Source of the DNA: an uncultured delta proteobacterium
Lineage (GTDB): Bacteria > Myxococcota_A > Polyangia > Polyangiales > Polyangiaceae
Reading direction: 5' to 3'
Assembly (NCBI GenBank): GCA_963827955.1
Contig: CAWHDJ010000018.1
Coordinates: forward strand, 989,297 to 1,053,296
DNA: 64,000 nucleotides
Positions 31,626-40,625 of this stretch are shown here, piece after piece. Numbering within the stretch: the first letter of the stretch is position 1; the number at the start of each line of letters is the position of its first letter. Below the pieces are notes generated by a model that was not told the origin of the DNA, made no database searches, and saw only the letters and a program-made list of their open reading frames with translations. The translations under genes were made by a program, and so were the position numbers.

Positions 31626-33630
31626 TCATGCGAAGACTCGGTAAAGGCTGTAGAGCAGCGCGGCGGACACCAGAGGGACCGCCGGCGAGCCGCCCGACGT
31701 CGTCTCCTCGGGCTCCGCGCCGCGAGGCCCGTGCGGTTCTGCGGGTTCGGCGAGCGTGACCTCGAGATCCGCGCCGTAGAAGTAGCGGAGGATGCCGTTC
31801 CACCGCCAACCCCGAGTGGCGAGCGCGTCGGCCCCGTTCTGCGAGAGGCAGCCGCGGTTACGCCTGTTCCGCGGGTCGGCGACCGGGCTCGGGCAGGGGT
31901 GGACGGCGCTGCCCACCAGCCCCTCGTTGTAGGTCACGAATCGCTCGGTGGGGTACTTCGCGCTGACGATGCCTCGCAAGGCCCCGGGAGCCCAGACCGC
32001 GCCCGCGACATGGCTCCCGAGGATGAGCGCCCCCTTCCAGAGGGCGACGCCGCCGCGCGTCTCGGCGGCGGCACGGACCGCCAACGGCCTTGGGGGCGAG
32101 AGGGCGACCTGGAAGCGCTGGCTGTTCGGGATGGGGTGCGCCGCCGTGCCGAGCGTGGGATCCGCGGCGAGCGCCTGCTGGACGTAGGTGCGGGCCGCGA
32201 TCGCCACCGCCTTGAGCGCATCGAGGCGCCGCGAAGGGCTCTCGCCGGCTACGACGAGGGCGACGTAGTCTTCGAGGTCCAGCTCGCCGAGGCCGGTGAC
32301 GACCGCGCGCGCACGGAGCTGCACGTGCTCCAGCGCGGGCTCCTGCGCGCCGCTCGACGGGTGCGCGCCGCCGGACGGGTACTCCAGCCAACCGAGGAAC
32401 GCGGGTTCGTCGACGCGGTGGGTGCGCTCGGCCCAGGCGTCGCCGCTGTTGGCCTCGATCGTCCGGAGGGTTCCGGCGCCGTCGGGCGGCGCGCTCACGC
32501 GCCCGATGTGCCCGCTCCCGCCATGCACGGGATTCCTCCCCGTTGCGTCTCCACACGGCGCCGTCGCCGACCTTCGCGCGATAGCCGTCGCCGCGCGGAT
32601 GGAATCTCCCGCTGCGCACGACGTCGGCGACGCGCCCGGTGTAGGCGTGCGGAAGTCGCTCGCCGGGCCGGAGCGCCTGGCGCCCGGCCCAACAGAACCC
32701 CCAGGCGCACCAGTCGCTGCCCTTGGCCCCCCCGTACTTGGCGATCCCCGGCCCCCAGTTGCTGCCCGCGGGCTCCTCATGGACGCCGGCGTCGAGCTCG
32801 CCGCGCGCGACCGCGAGCGCGCGCTCGCCGAGCGTCGTGTCCGCATGGCCCGAGGCCGGTGCTTCGGCGCGCGGTGCGCCAGGCGTCTGCGCTGACCCAC
32901 GGGGCTGCGCGCCCGGTGGAACGCGAGGCACCGCGCGCGGCGGTGCATCGAGGGCGAGCAGATCCCGCAGCTCCTCGCACGCCTCGGGGAGGACGTGCTG
33001 GGCCTGGTAGATGTGCCCGGCCTTGTCGTGGCCCCCGGCCGAGTAGATCGCGAGGTGGCCGCGCCAACCGTCGCCCGTTCCGCCCGGCGCCTCGCGATGC
33101 ACCCGGATCTCGTGGTCGGGCGGCTCCGGGAGGAGGTCGAGACCCGTGGCCAGTTCCGCCATCGCGCGCGTCGAGGTGTAGGCCGGCTCCGTCTTGATGT
33201 AGCTGTGCGTGATGACCGTCGTGACCTTGCCGGCGCGCGCATCGCGCACGATCCCCTTCACGTAGTCCCGTTGCCATGCGTGCGGGGGATAGTCCCCGTG
33301 CATGCCGTCGCAGAGGACGAGCGCGAACGCGGGCGCTCCCGCGAGTCGCAGTGCGCGAACGCGCTGGCAGCCGGCGGAGAACCCGATGAGCGCCGCGAGC
33401 CAGAGCGGGCGCCCCACCTGCGCTTCGGCCCACGCGAGGATCTCCTGCCATGTCTCGGTGGCGTAGGGGTTGAGGCCGACGACGCAGGGACGCGGGCCGA
33501 GCGCCGCGAGCACCGCCCCAGGAACACCGCTCGGTGTTTCCGTGTCGCGCTGGCCGCGCTTGTCAGGCATCGGCGACGCGAAGCACACGAGCGCGCCCCC
33601 GGTCCCGCGCTGAACGAGCGCGAGGGCCAT
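31626..33630 (-). pseudogene. multidomain cell-wall hydrolase: N-terminal domain of unknown function, CHAP-like cysteine peptidase, then a SpoIID/LytB domain. Frame discontinuity at about 32520-32530.
   Basis: 'GSDWCAWGFCWA' and 'GHIGRVSAPPDGAGTLRTIEANSGD' match the CHAP Cys and His regions. 'DALKAVAIAARTY...GCLSQNGA...RYFYGADL' is the SpoIID signature. The two halves lie in different frames. Confidence 0.65.
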
Positions 33631-33712
33631 CACGCCACCCGCTCGGCGACGACGTTGACCGCGGACGCGAGCGATGCTCCGCTCGCACCGCTCGCTGTGG
33701 GCGAGAAAGGCA

Positions 33713-33828
33713 CGGCTTCCCCGAGCCTGCGCCGCGGTCCGTGGTGCTCGCAAGCGCCTTACCGTCTATGGATTTCACTTATCAGCGCGGAGCCGTGGAA
33801 GATCCAACGGCGGCCGTGGGATGTTCCT
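33713..33828 (-). promoter_or_regulatory. conserved ~115-bp upstream element, copy 2, about 85 nt 5' of the hydrolase ATG
   Basis: Aligned by eye with copies 1 and 3. Confidence 0.6.
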
Positions 33829-33861
33829 CGGTGCGCCGCAGCAGGTCCGCGCCGAGCGTGG

Positions 33862-36252
33862 TCATCCGGACACAGAAACAGGTGCGTGTGACACGCCGAG
33901 CCGCTCCGCCTCGTCCGCCTCGATCGGTCCGCACTCCACAACGTCGTAGACACGCCCGCAGCCCACGCAGGCGAGCTGGCGGCTCACGATCGACGCGCGC
34001 GCCCCTCCCATCCGGCGCTCCAGCTCCGCATCGGTCTCCCCGTTCAGCCGGCCGGTGAGGACGTCGCAGCCGCACGACGCGCAGACCGGACCGCCGGCAC
34101 CGAAGCGGAAGGCGAGCCGGCCACGCTCCAGCGCCTCGGGATCCAGGTACGCCAGCTCCTCCGCCTGGATCGCGAAGTGATACGCCCGCGCCTCCGCCTT
34201 GGAGATGCCGCTCACCCGCGCCGCGCCCCTCCGGGCCGCGTCGGTCACCCTCACCGGAGGGATGATCCTACGCGGTGGCGGGGCGGGAAGGGCGCTCCAG
34301 TAGCGCTTGACGACCCTCAGCGCCTCCTCGGCGCGCTCCTCGTCACCCAGCAGCGCCCGGGTGATGGCGGAGCGGACCCGCTTCGTCAGCACGAGGTCCT
34401 CCAGCCAGTGCTCGTCGGCGCTCCGCATGGCCTCGGCGACTGCGAACGAATCCTTGCCGAGCGCCGGGTAGATGGCGTCCAGGAGCGCGCGCGTCGGCGT
34501 CGGCGCCACGGCTCGACCCTCCGCCCGCGCGTACTCGGCCTCCCGGAGAGGGGCGCGCGCACGGAGTAGGTTGTCGTAGCGCTTGCGGAGGTCCTTCGTC
34601 GCGCGAGGGATCCTGCCCAGGCGCTGAGCGGCAAGGGTGGCGGCGACCAGCTCGTCGAAGAGCGCCCGCACCTCGGGCGTGTTGAGGTCCCACGCGAAGA
34701 CGTCGGCGTCGTGGAGCGTCGAGAACGCCCGAACCGCTACCCCGCTCGGCACATGGCTGACCTGGAAGGGAAAGCCCGCGGCTTCCTGCCGCTCGAGGTT
34801 CTGGTGGACGACGATGTCGCCGTGCCGCGCGAACACGTCCACGTCGACCGACCGCATCACGTCGGTTCGCCAAATCGGTGCCTTACCGACCACGGGCGCT
34901 GTCTCGGGGCGCTCCTCGGCGTGGCCTCCCTCGACGTGCAGACCGCGGTCGATGGCGTTCGCAGCGACGAAGAGCTCCTCGCTGACCCGCCCCTCCGCCT
35001 CCGCGGCGACGTTCCGCAGATGGACTGTGGCAGCGACCCGGGCATCATGCGCCGTCTGGCCGGGCACGTCGGGCGTCCGCTCGATCGCCACGCCCTCTTT
35101 CCGCAGGGCATCCGCGATCTTCGTCTCGACGCTCACAACTCGATCCGGCGGCCACAACGAGGCGAAGGTCGACGCGCGTCGAATCAGGAATTGGGCGATC
35201 TGCTGCTTCTCGACCTGAGACACGGGAGGCGCTGGCCGGGGCTGCGGAGGCCCCGCGCCGTACTTCGCCACCATCCGCTTGCGGTCCCACTCCTCGGCGC
35301 GCGCGACGAAGGCGGGAAGGTCAGTCGCCGGGACGCGGATGCCGCCGATGCCCAGGCGACGCTCCGCGCCGTTGCCGTCCGGCTTTCCCCACACGTCGAT
35401 GTCGCGCGGGTTCATCTCGTCGACCGTGAGGCGCGTGATCCTGCCCTCGAACTCCTGCGTCCCGTGACGGATCACCTTGCCGCGGCGCTCCCGTGTGTCC
35501 TCGCTCCAGCGCACCCGCGTGCCGACGTCGGGCCACACCATGTACCCGCCGACGCTCCCGAGGTAGCTGAACTCCTCCCGCAGTTGCGCCCTCGCCGCGG
35601 CCTCACGCGTCGGGTTCGGGACCTCCCCTCGCGCACGCGCCTGCTCGTCGAGCCAGTGGAGGCGCTGGCCGATGTTCATTCGTTCGCCGCGCTTTTCGCC
35701 GAACGGCATCGTGAGCGTCAGGCCCGCGTTCCTCCGCACTTCGCTGTCGAGCCAGTGCAGCGGCTCTGTATAGTCCTTGCCGGCGAGGATGATGACGTCG
35801 GCGGCCTCATGGCCGAAGTCGCGAAGCAACTGCTTGCGGACGCGCTCCCCCCAGTCCTTCCGCGCTGCCGGGCTGAGGGCCCTCATGGAGCGGTTGTAGG
35901 TTGCGATCTTCTCCGTGGTCGGGATGACCCCGTGCTTCGCGGAGAGGATGCGGATGTGGTCCTCCCTGGTGACGGCGCGCGCGTAGGCGAGGCTCTTCTC
36001 GAAGAGCACCGACGCGGAGTAAAGCTCGGCGGCGGGGATCCGCTTCCCGTGCGTTTTGACCTTCGACGCGCTGCACGCGATGAGGACGATGAGAGGACGG
36101 CGCCGCTCGGCCTTGGCGGCGTCGGTCGCTGCTCGGAGCAGCGCGGCGAGCGCACCGGCGGAGCCCCTCGCCGCTTGGAGGAGCGCAGCGAGCCCACCGG
36201 CGGGGCCCGGTGCGGCCGCTGCCCGAAGTCTCGCAGCGGGGTCCGTGAGCAT
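33862..36252 (-). CDS. hypothetical 797-aa protein. N-terminal domain resembles YaaA/DUF328 (peroxide-stress/DNA-binding family). C-terminal Zn-ribbon. N-terminus carries three 'LAALLRAA' repeats.
   Basis: 'PLIVLIACSASKVKTHG...ILSAKHGVIPTTEKIATYNRSM' parallels the YaaA pattern 'LILISPAKTL...MLSGLYGVLRPLD..PYRLEM' (inference). 'CASCGCDV...CVGCGRVYD' is a Zn ribbon. The ATG at 36252 abuts copy 3 of the upstream element. Confidence 0.55.
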   Translation of the reverse strand: MLTDPAARLRAAAAPGPAGGLAALLQAARGSAGALAALLRAATDAAKAERRRPLIVLIACSASKVKTHGKRIPAAELYSASVLFEKSLAYARAVTREDHIRILSAKHGVIPTTEKIATYNRSMRALSPAARKDWGERVRKQLLRDFGHEAADVIILAGKDYTEPLHWLDSEVRRNAGLTLTMPFGEKRGERMNIGQRLHWLDEQARARGEVPNPTREAAARAQLREEFSYLGSVGGYMVWPDVGTRVRWSEDTRERRGKVIRHGTQEFEGRITRLTVDEMNPRDIDVWGKPDGNGAERRLGIGGIRVPATDLPAFVARAEEWDRKRMVAKYGAGPPQPRPAPPVSQVEKQQIAQFLIRRASTFASLWPPDRVVSVETKIADALRKEGVAIERTPDVPGQTAHDARVAATVHLRNVAAEAEGRVSEELFVAANAIDRGLHVEGGHAEERPETAPVVGKAPIWRTDVMRSVDVDVFARHGDIVVHQNLERQEAAGFPFQVSHVPSGVAVRAFSTLHDADVFAWDLNTPEVRALFDELVAATLAAQRLGRIPRATKDLRKRYDNLLRARAPLREAEYARAEGRAVAPTPTRALLDAIYPALGKDSFAVAEAMRSADEHWLEDLVLTKRVRSAITRALLGDEERAEEALRVVKRYWSALPAPPPRRIIPPVRVTDAARRGAARVSGISKAEARAYHFAIQAEELAYLDPEALERGRLAFRFGAGGPVCASCGCDVLTGRLNGETDAELERRMGGARASIVSRQLACVGCGRVYDVVECGPIEADEAERLGVSHAPVSVSG

Positions 36253-36253
36253 C

Positions 36254-36367
36254 GGGGCTCCCCGAGCCTGCACTGCGGTCCGCGATGCCCGCAAGCGCCT
36301 TGCCGCCCATGGATTTCACTTATCACCGCGCCCCGGTGGAACATCCAGGGCCGGGCCGTGGATGATC
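36254..36367 (-). promoter_or_regulatory. conserved ~115-bp upstream element, copy 3. Ends at the ATG of the 810-aa gene.
   Basis: Aligned by eye with copies 1 and 2. Confidence 0.6.
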
Positions 36368-36582
36368 CGACACGCGCGGCGGCGGCGCATGCCCCGCTGC
36401 GCCTACCCGAGGTTCCTGGGGCGCCTCGGCGGCCTCGCCCGAAGGCTGGCGACCCGCCTCCGGCGTGGACGGCGCCGGTAACCTGCGAGCGCGGGGCTGA
36501 AGAACCGCGAGTGGCTTGCCGACATGGCATCGGCACCCAACCAACTCGCTCTTGACTCGGGTCGGGTAGTCTCAGAAGTCTC

Positions 36583-37452
36583 ATGCCCGGCAAGCGATCG
36601 ACCAGACGCCCTGCGCGCAACTCCACCCGGTACCGAAACTTTGAGGAACTCCGCGCGGCTGTCCACGCCGCTTGCTGGGAAGAGCTGAAACGAAACCTTG
36701 GCCCGGGGCAGTGGGAGGCGGGGCTCGAACAGACGCTCCGTCGCTTCGTCGCCGACCCCGATGAGTGCGAGGTGAAAGCGCGGGACGCCTTCGCAAAGCT
36801 GCGAAGGGTAATGCTCGAGATCGTTACGATCAGCGCGACCTACCACGCCGAATCGAAGCGCGCCCTTGAGGCGTCGACCCCGGAGAAGCCGGTGCTGCCG
36901 CCTGGTGGCGAATACGTCAGGCTCCTGCACGATTTTGTGACGCCCGCGCTCTTGGCGATCCTGAAGCACCACCGGATGGACTTCCCCAACACATGGTTCA
37001 TGTCGCAGGGCGACTACCCCGACGACGCCTCGATCCGCGCGGCGAAGAAGCCTCTGCCTCGGCGGCAATCCAGTTCCAAGCGGTCACGGCTCGTCCTCCA
37101 GCTCGAAGAGTTCAACCTGCTCGGGCTCCCGTCGCGTTCTACGCCCCCGTACTCGTCGCGCTTCTTTTCCGAGCGCGAGTACGCATTGATCAGCCTGATC
37201 CTGGACATCGGCTTGGTCGACGAGCCTGACGTCAAGCGCGCCCTCAACCGCAACGGGGTCACGGTGGCGAAGGTCGTGAGCGACGAGACGGAGCGCATGC
37301 GACTCACTCTCGGCAGGCTCAGCAAGTGGGAGCAGGTTGCGGAACGCGAACGAGCCGCGATCCACGCCGCATGCGAGCGCGAGGGGCGCGATGCGACGCC
37401 CGAGGAGTTGGAAGTAGTGGACCAGCACACACCGCTGCGCGGCCCGGGGTAG
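36583..37452 (+). CDS. hypothetical protein, transcribed divergently from the long minus-strand operon. Codon usage looks atypical for this region.
   Basis: Clean 289-aa ORF with no motif recognised. Contains more A/T-ending codons than its neighbours. Confidence 0.45.
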   Translation: MPGKRSTRRPARNSTRYRNFEELRAAVHAACWEELKRNLGPGQWEAGLEQTLRRFVADPDECEVKARDAFAKLRRVMLEIVTISATYHAESKRALEASTPEKPVLPPGGEYVRLLHDFVTPALLAILKHHRMDFPNTWFMSQGDYPDDASIRAAKKPLPRRQSSSKRSRLVLQLEEFNLLGLPSRSTPPYSSRFFSEREYALISLILDIGLVDEPDVKRALNRNGVTVAKVVSDETERMRLTLGRLSKWEQVAERERAAIHAACEREGRDATPEELEVVDQHTPLRGPG

Positions 37453-37899
37453 CCCACGAGCGGTCGCCATCACCTGCGGGTGGTGCGCCCACATTTGGTT
37501 GCGACGGTTTGTGGGCGGTGCGCCGCGCGTTCGCCGCCCGCATACTCGGCTGCAAGAAGTCGCCGCCCCATGCTGCGTCGCGCTCACGACGCCGTTGCAT
37601 GCTGCGGCCAGACACCCGTTTGCCTCATTTCATGGAGAAACCCCAATGCCTCTCGCTTCCGTTGCAGTGATTCTCGCGGTTGTGGTCGTCGCGCTCATCG
37701 CGCTGACGCTGGTGCTGGCGCTCATGCACCCCGGGTGGGTTCGGGTGCGTGGGGGCCCGCTGGTTCTCGAGGCGCGCCTGTCCCCTGCGCGCGCACGGTC
37801 GGCTACCCCGCCAACCCAGTCCGCGGGAGCCGTGGGACACCGTGCGGCTCCGCACCCGCCCACCACCACCAGTGGCGTCCGAGCGCCGAAGGCCCCGCG

Positions 37900-38066
37900 G
37901 CGACGACGAGGCCCGCGCTGAGTTCGGCGAGCAGCCCAGCGGCGCGAGCATCGCCGCCGGGACGCCGCTCGGCGTGTCGGTGTCGCGCGCGCCGTTCTTG
38001 TCCGGCATAGGCGACGCGAAGCACACGAGCGCGCCGGACGTCCCACGCTGCACCAGCGCGAGAGCC
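37900..38066 (-). pseudogene. 5' fragment (about 55 codons) of a paralog of the cell-wall hydrolase gene
   Basis: Nucleotides 37900-38066 align with 33470-33630. Encoded 'MALALVQRGTSGALVCFASPMPDKNGARDTDTPSGVPAAMLAPLG' matches 'MALALVQRGTGGALVCFASPMPDKRGQRDTETPSGVPGAVLAALG'. The match breaks down downstream. Confidence 0.6.
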
Positions 38067-38237
38067 ATGGAGTCACCGGCCGATCTCGGCATCGGCTTCT
38101 CGGGCGACAGCAACCTGTGGGGGTGGCTCGACCACCGGCTCTTCGCACCAGGGGCTCCCGTACCGCCAGCTCAACCCAGCCACCATGGCGGAGGAAGCCT
38201 CGTCACTGTACCGTCGGGGTTGCCTTCGATGCGCGTG

Positions 38238-39359
38238 GCGCCCTCCATTGTGTCCCTGCTCGTCCTGGTCGCAGCCGCGCGCCACGTGGGCGCGCAAGGC
38301 GCGGCAGCACCGCCGAAGCGTGCTCCCCCGAGCCCGTCTCCAACCGTGTCCAATCCGGCGGCACCAGCACCCGGCGCGCCAGCGTTCACGGTCGTCAAGG
38401 TCGCCGCCGAACTTGAGTTCACGCTGGGTCCAGGCACCAAGCATTGCCCCGACGAAGAGAGGCTCCACGCTGAGGTCTCCCGCCGGCTCGGTTACGATCC
38501 CTTCGCGGCGGACGCGAATGGAAGACGTGTCGGACGTATGCGCACGACGGTCTCCCGCGACCCCGCGAACGGGAGCTCCCCCGAGGGCATCACCGCGACG
38601 ACCGAGTACACCGACGCCTCGGGCGTGCGCCAGTGGACGAGACGCTATCCCGTGCCCGGGACGAGCGCCCGCGCCTGCGCGGTCGCCATCTCGGGCGCGG
38701 CGGCCAACATCGCCGACGAGTTCACCATCATCGACGACGCGCCCGCTGAACCTCGGCCCCCTCCGCCTCCCCTGAGCCCCGAACCAGCGCCACCTGCCGA
38801 GCCCGTAGCGGCTGCGCCACCATCGCCGCCGTCGACGAGATCAGGCCGCCCGCCGCTCGAGCTTGGGGCCGGCGGCTTCGTGAGCATCGGGACGGCGCCG
38901 CGGGTCACCGGCACGGTGACGCTTCACCTCGGGGTCGTGGTCGCCTCATTCGAGCGCGCGCGGTTGTCGGTCGCCGCGGAGGGCAGCTTCGGCTTACCCG
39001 CATCGGATGCGCGCGGCGTGCAGACGCAGTTGTTCGCGTTCTCGCCAGTGGTGTGCGGGCAGAAGGATCTGCCCTCCGGGGGCGGGGTCACGTGGGGCCT
39101 GCTGGGTTGCTTGCTCGGCACGGTGGGCAGCTTCCGCGGAACCTGGCACGACTCCGAACGGGCCGCGTCCCGAAGCGCAACGTATGGGGCCGCCGGTGGG
39201 CGTGTCGGCGTGACGGGCGGGACGTCGGCGATCGCGCTCCGCGTGCAGGGGGATGTCCTGTACGCGCTGCCCGCCCACGTGCTCGGGCCTGCGGGGGAGA
39301 GCGCCGCCACGGGAAGCGTGGCGACCAACGCGGGCGTCGCGGTCGTGGTCCCGTTCTAG
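38238..39359 (+). CDS. secreted hypothetical protein (N-terminal signal peptide)
   Basis: 'MRVAPSIVSLLVLVAAARHVGAQG' is signal-peptide-like. Ala/Gly/Pro-rich mature region. Confidence 0.5.
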   Translation, partial: APSIVSLLVLVAAARHVGAQGAAAPPKRAPPSPSPTVSNPAAPAPGAPAFTVVKVAAELEFTLGPGTKHCPDEERLHAEVSRRLGYDPFAADANGRRVGRMRTTVSRDPANGSSPEGITATTEYTDASGVRQWTRRYPVPGTSARACAVAISGAAANIADEFTIIDDAPAEPRPPPPPLSPEPAPPAEPVAAAPPSPPSTRSGRPPLELGAGGFVSIGTAPRVTGTVTLHLGVVVASFERARLSVAAEGSFGLPASDARGVQTQLFAFSPVVCGQKDLPSGGGVTWGLLGCLLGTVGSFRGTWHDSERAASRSATYGAAGGRVGVTGGTSAIALRVQGDVLYALPAHVLGPAGESAATGSVATNAGVAVVVPF

Positions 39360-39425
39360 GCCACCGTGTTGGATCCGGACTTTCCCGCTACACGATGCCG
39401 TTTACATCGGCTACGAGCAGCAAAC

Positions 39426-40593
39426 ATGCGCATGGCTTGGGCGGTCGGGGTCTCGGCTGGGGTGCTGCTCGGCGTGGCGATCGGCGCCGTAGTGGCTTGC
39501 TCGTCGGTGGCGAATCTCTGTGACCCTTCGGTGTTCCCCGAAGGCAAGCAGGACCCCGAGTTCATCCAGCGGTGCTGCAACCCCAAGGACTGGCCCCGTA
39601 GGATCGTCACGGACCCCAACTGCCCCAACTACGCGGGAGCGGACGCGGGCGATGCAGGCGACGCGTCCGTAGACGGTCCAATAGGAAGCTGCGCGGGGCA
39701 GTGCCTACCCTATCCGCCCTGGCAATGGCAGAACCCAGGGCTGGTGTGGATCGGGCCCGAAGTGCAGGCGCCGCCGTGCCCGGCGAGCGCACCCGACCTC
39801 GCATACGAGGGTCATACGGATCTCAACGCGCCGCCGCTCTGCGGTGAGTGCGCGTGCGCGCCGGCGAGCGGATCGTGCGGGCTACCCGTGACGATCGCGG
39901 TGAGCCTCGACACCGTGCCCAGGCACCGACCCCGGCGCGGTTCACACCCCGTTCGACCCTCCCGACGGCGGGTGGGATGGCGGTTGCACCACGAACGATG
40001 CCGTTGACGGCGGAGAGCTTTGCGCTGGCGGCCTCTGTGTCCAGTCGCTCACGATCGCGCCGCTTGTGGTGACCGACGCGGGCTGCATGCCCACGCAGGT
40101 GCCGATGACGCAGGATCCGCCGAGCTGGGGGACGTTCGCGCGCGGCTGCCGGGGCACTCCCCCCGGAGCCTGCGGAAACAATGGGCTCGACTGCTCGCCG
40201 CCATCTGCCCCGGGGTTCCACGTGTGCGTCTATCGGGACGGCGATGCGGCCTGCCCAGGGCCCCCGTACACCGAGAGGCACGTCTTCTACGACAGCTACC
40301 AGGACACGCGGAGCTGCTCACCTTGTGCGTGCGGCTCACCAGAGGGCGGCGATTGCAAGGCGGAGGTTACAGTCTACGCGGACGGTGTTTGCATGTCGGC
40401 TCCCGTCGTGTCGGTGCTCGCCGACTCGAACATCGCGACGTGCCACGACGTGAGCGTCGGGTCACCACTCGGAAGCAAGTCGGCGGGCCCGCCGACCTAC
40501 GCGCCCGGGACGTGCAAGCCAAGCGGCGGGCCCACGGGCTCGGTAACCCCGATCGGTCCCGGCACCCTGTGCTGCATCCCACCGCCTCTTTGA
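39426..40593 (+). CDS. Cys-rich repeat lipoprotein, paralog 1. Frame discontinuity at about 39900.
   Basis: 'AVVACSS' is a lipobox. Paralogous along its length to 40626..41660 ('CGECACAPASGSCGLP' / 'PGFHVCVYRDGDAACPGPPYTERHVFYDSYQDTRSCSPCACG...'). Confidence 0.6.
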
Positions 40594-40625
40594 GCGGGCA
40601 CCCGACTCGGATACCCTGCGCGCCG

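Noticed and set aside
8100-32530. Interpreting the frame breaks in the recombinase, giant gene and hydrolase as programmed ribosomal frameshifts
   Set aside because: The same kind of break occurs in at least eight other unrelated genes, including chromosomal signalling genes. No slippery heptamer or pseudoknot context was evident. Indel error or simple mutation is more parsimonious.
36403-37068. Minus-strand ORF 36403-37068 as a continuation of the island operon
   Set aside because: It is antisense to the cleaner plus-strand ORF 36583-37452 and is Arg-rich low complexity.
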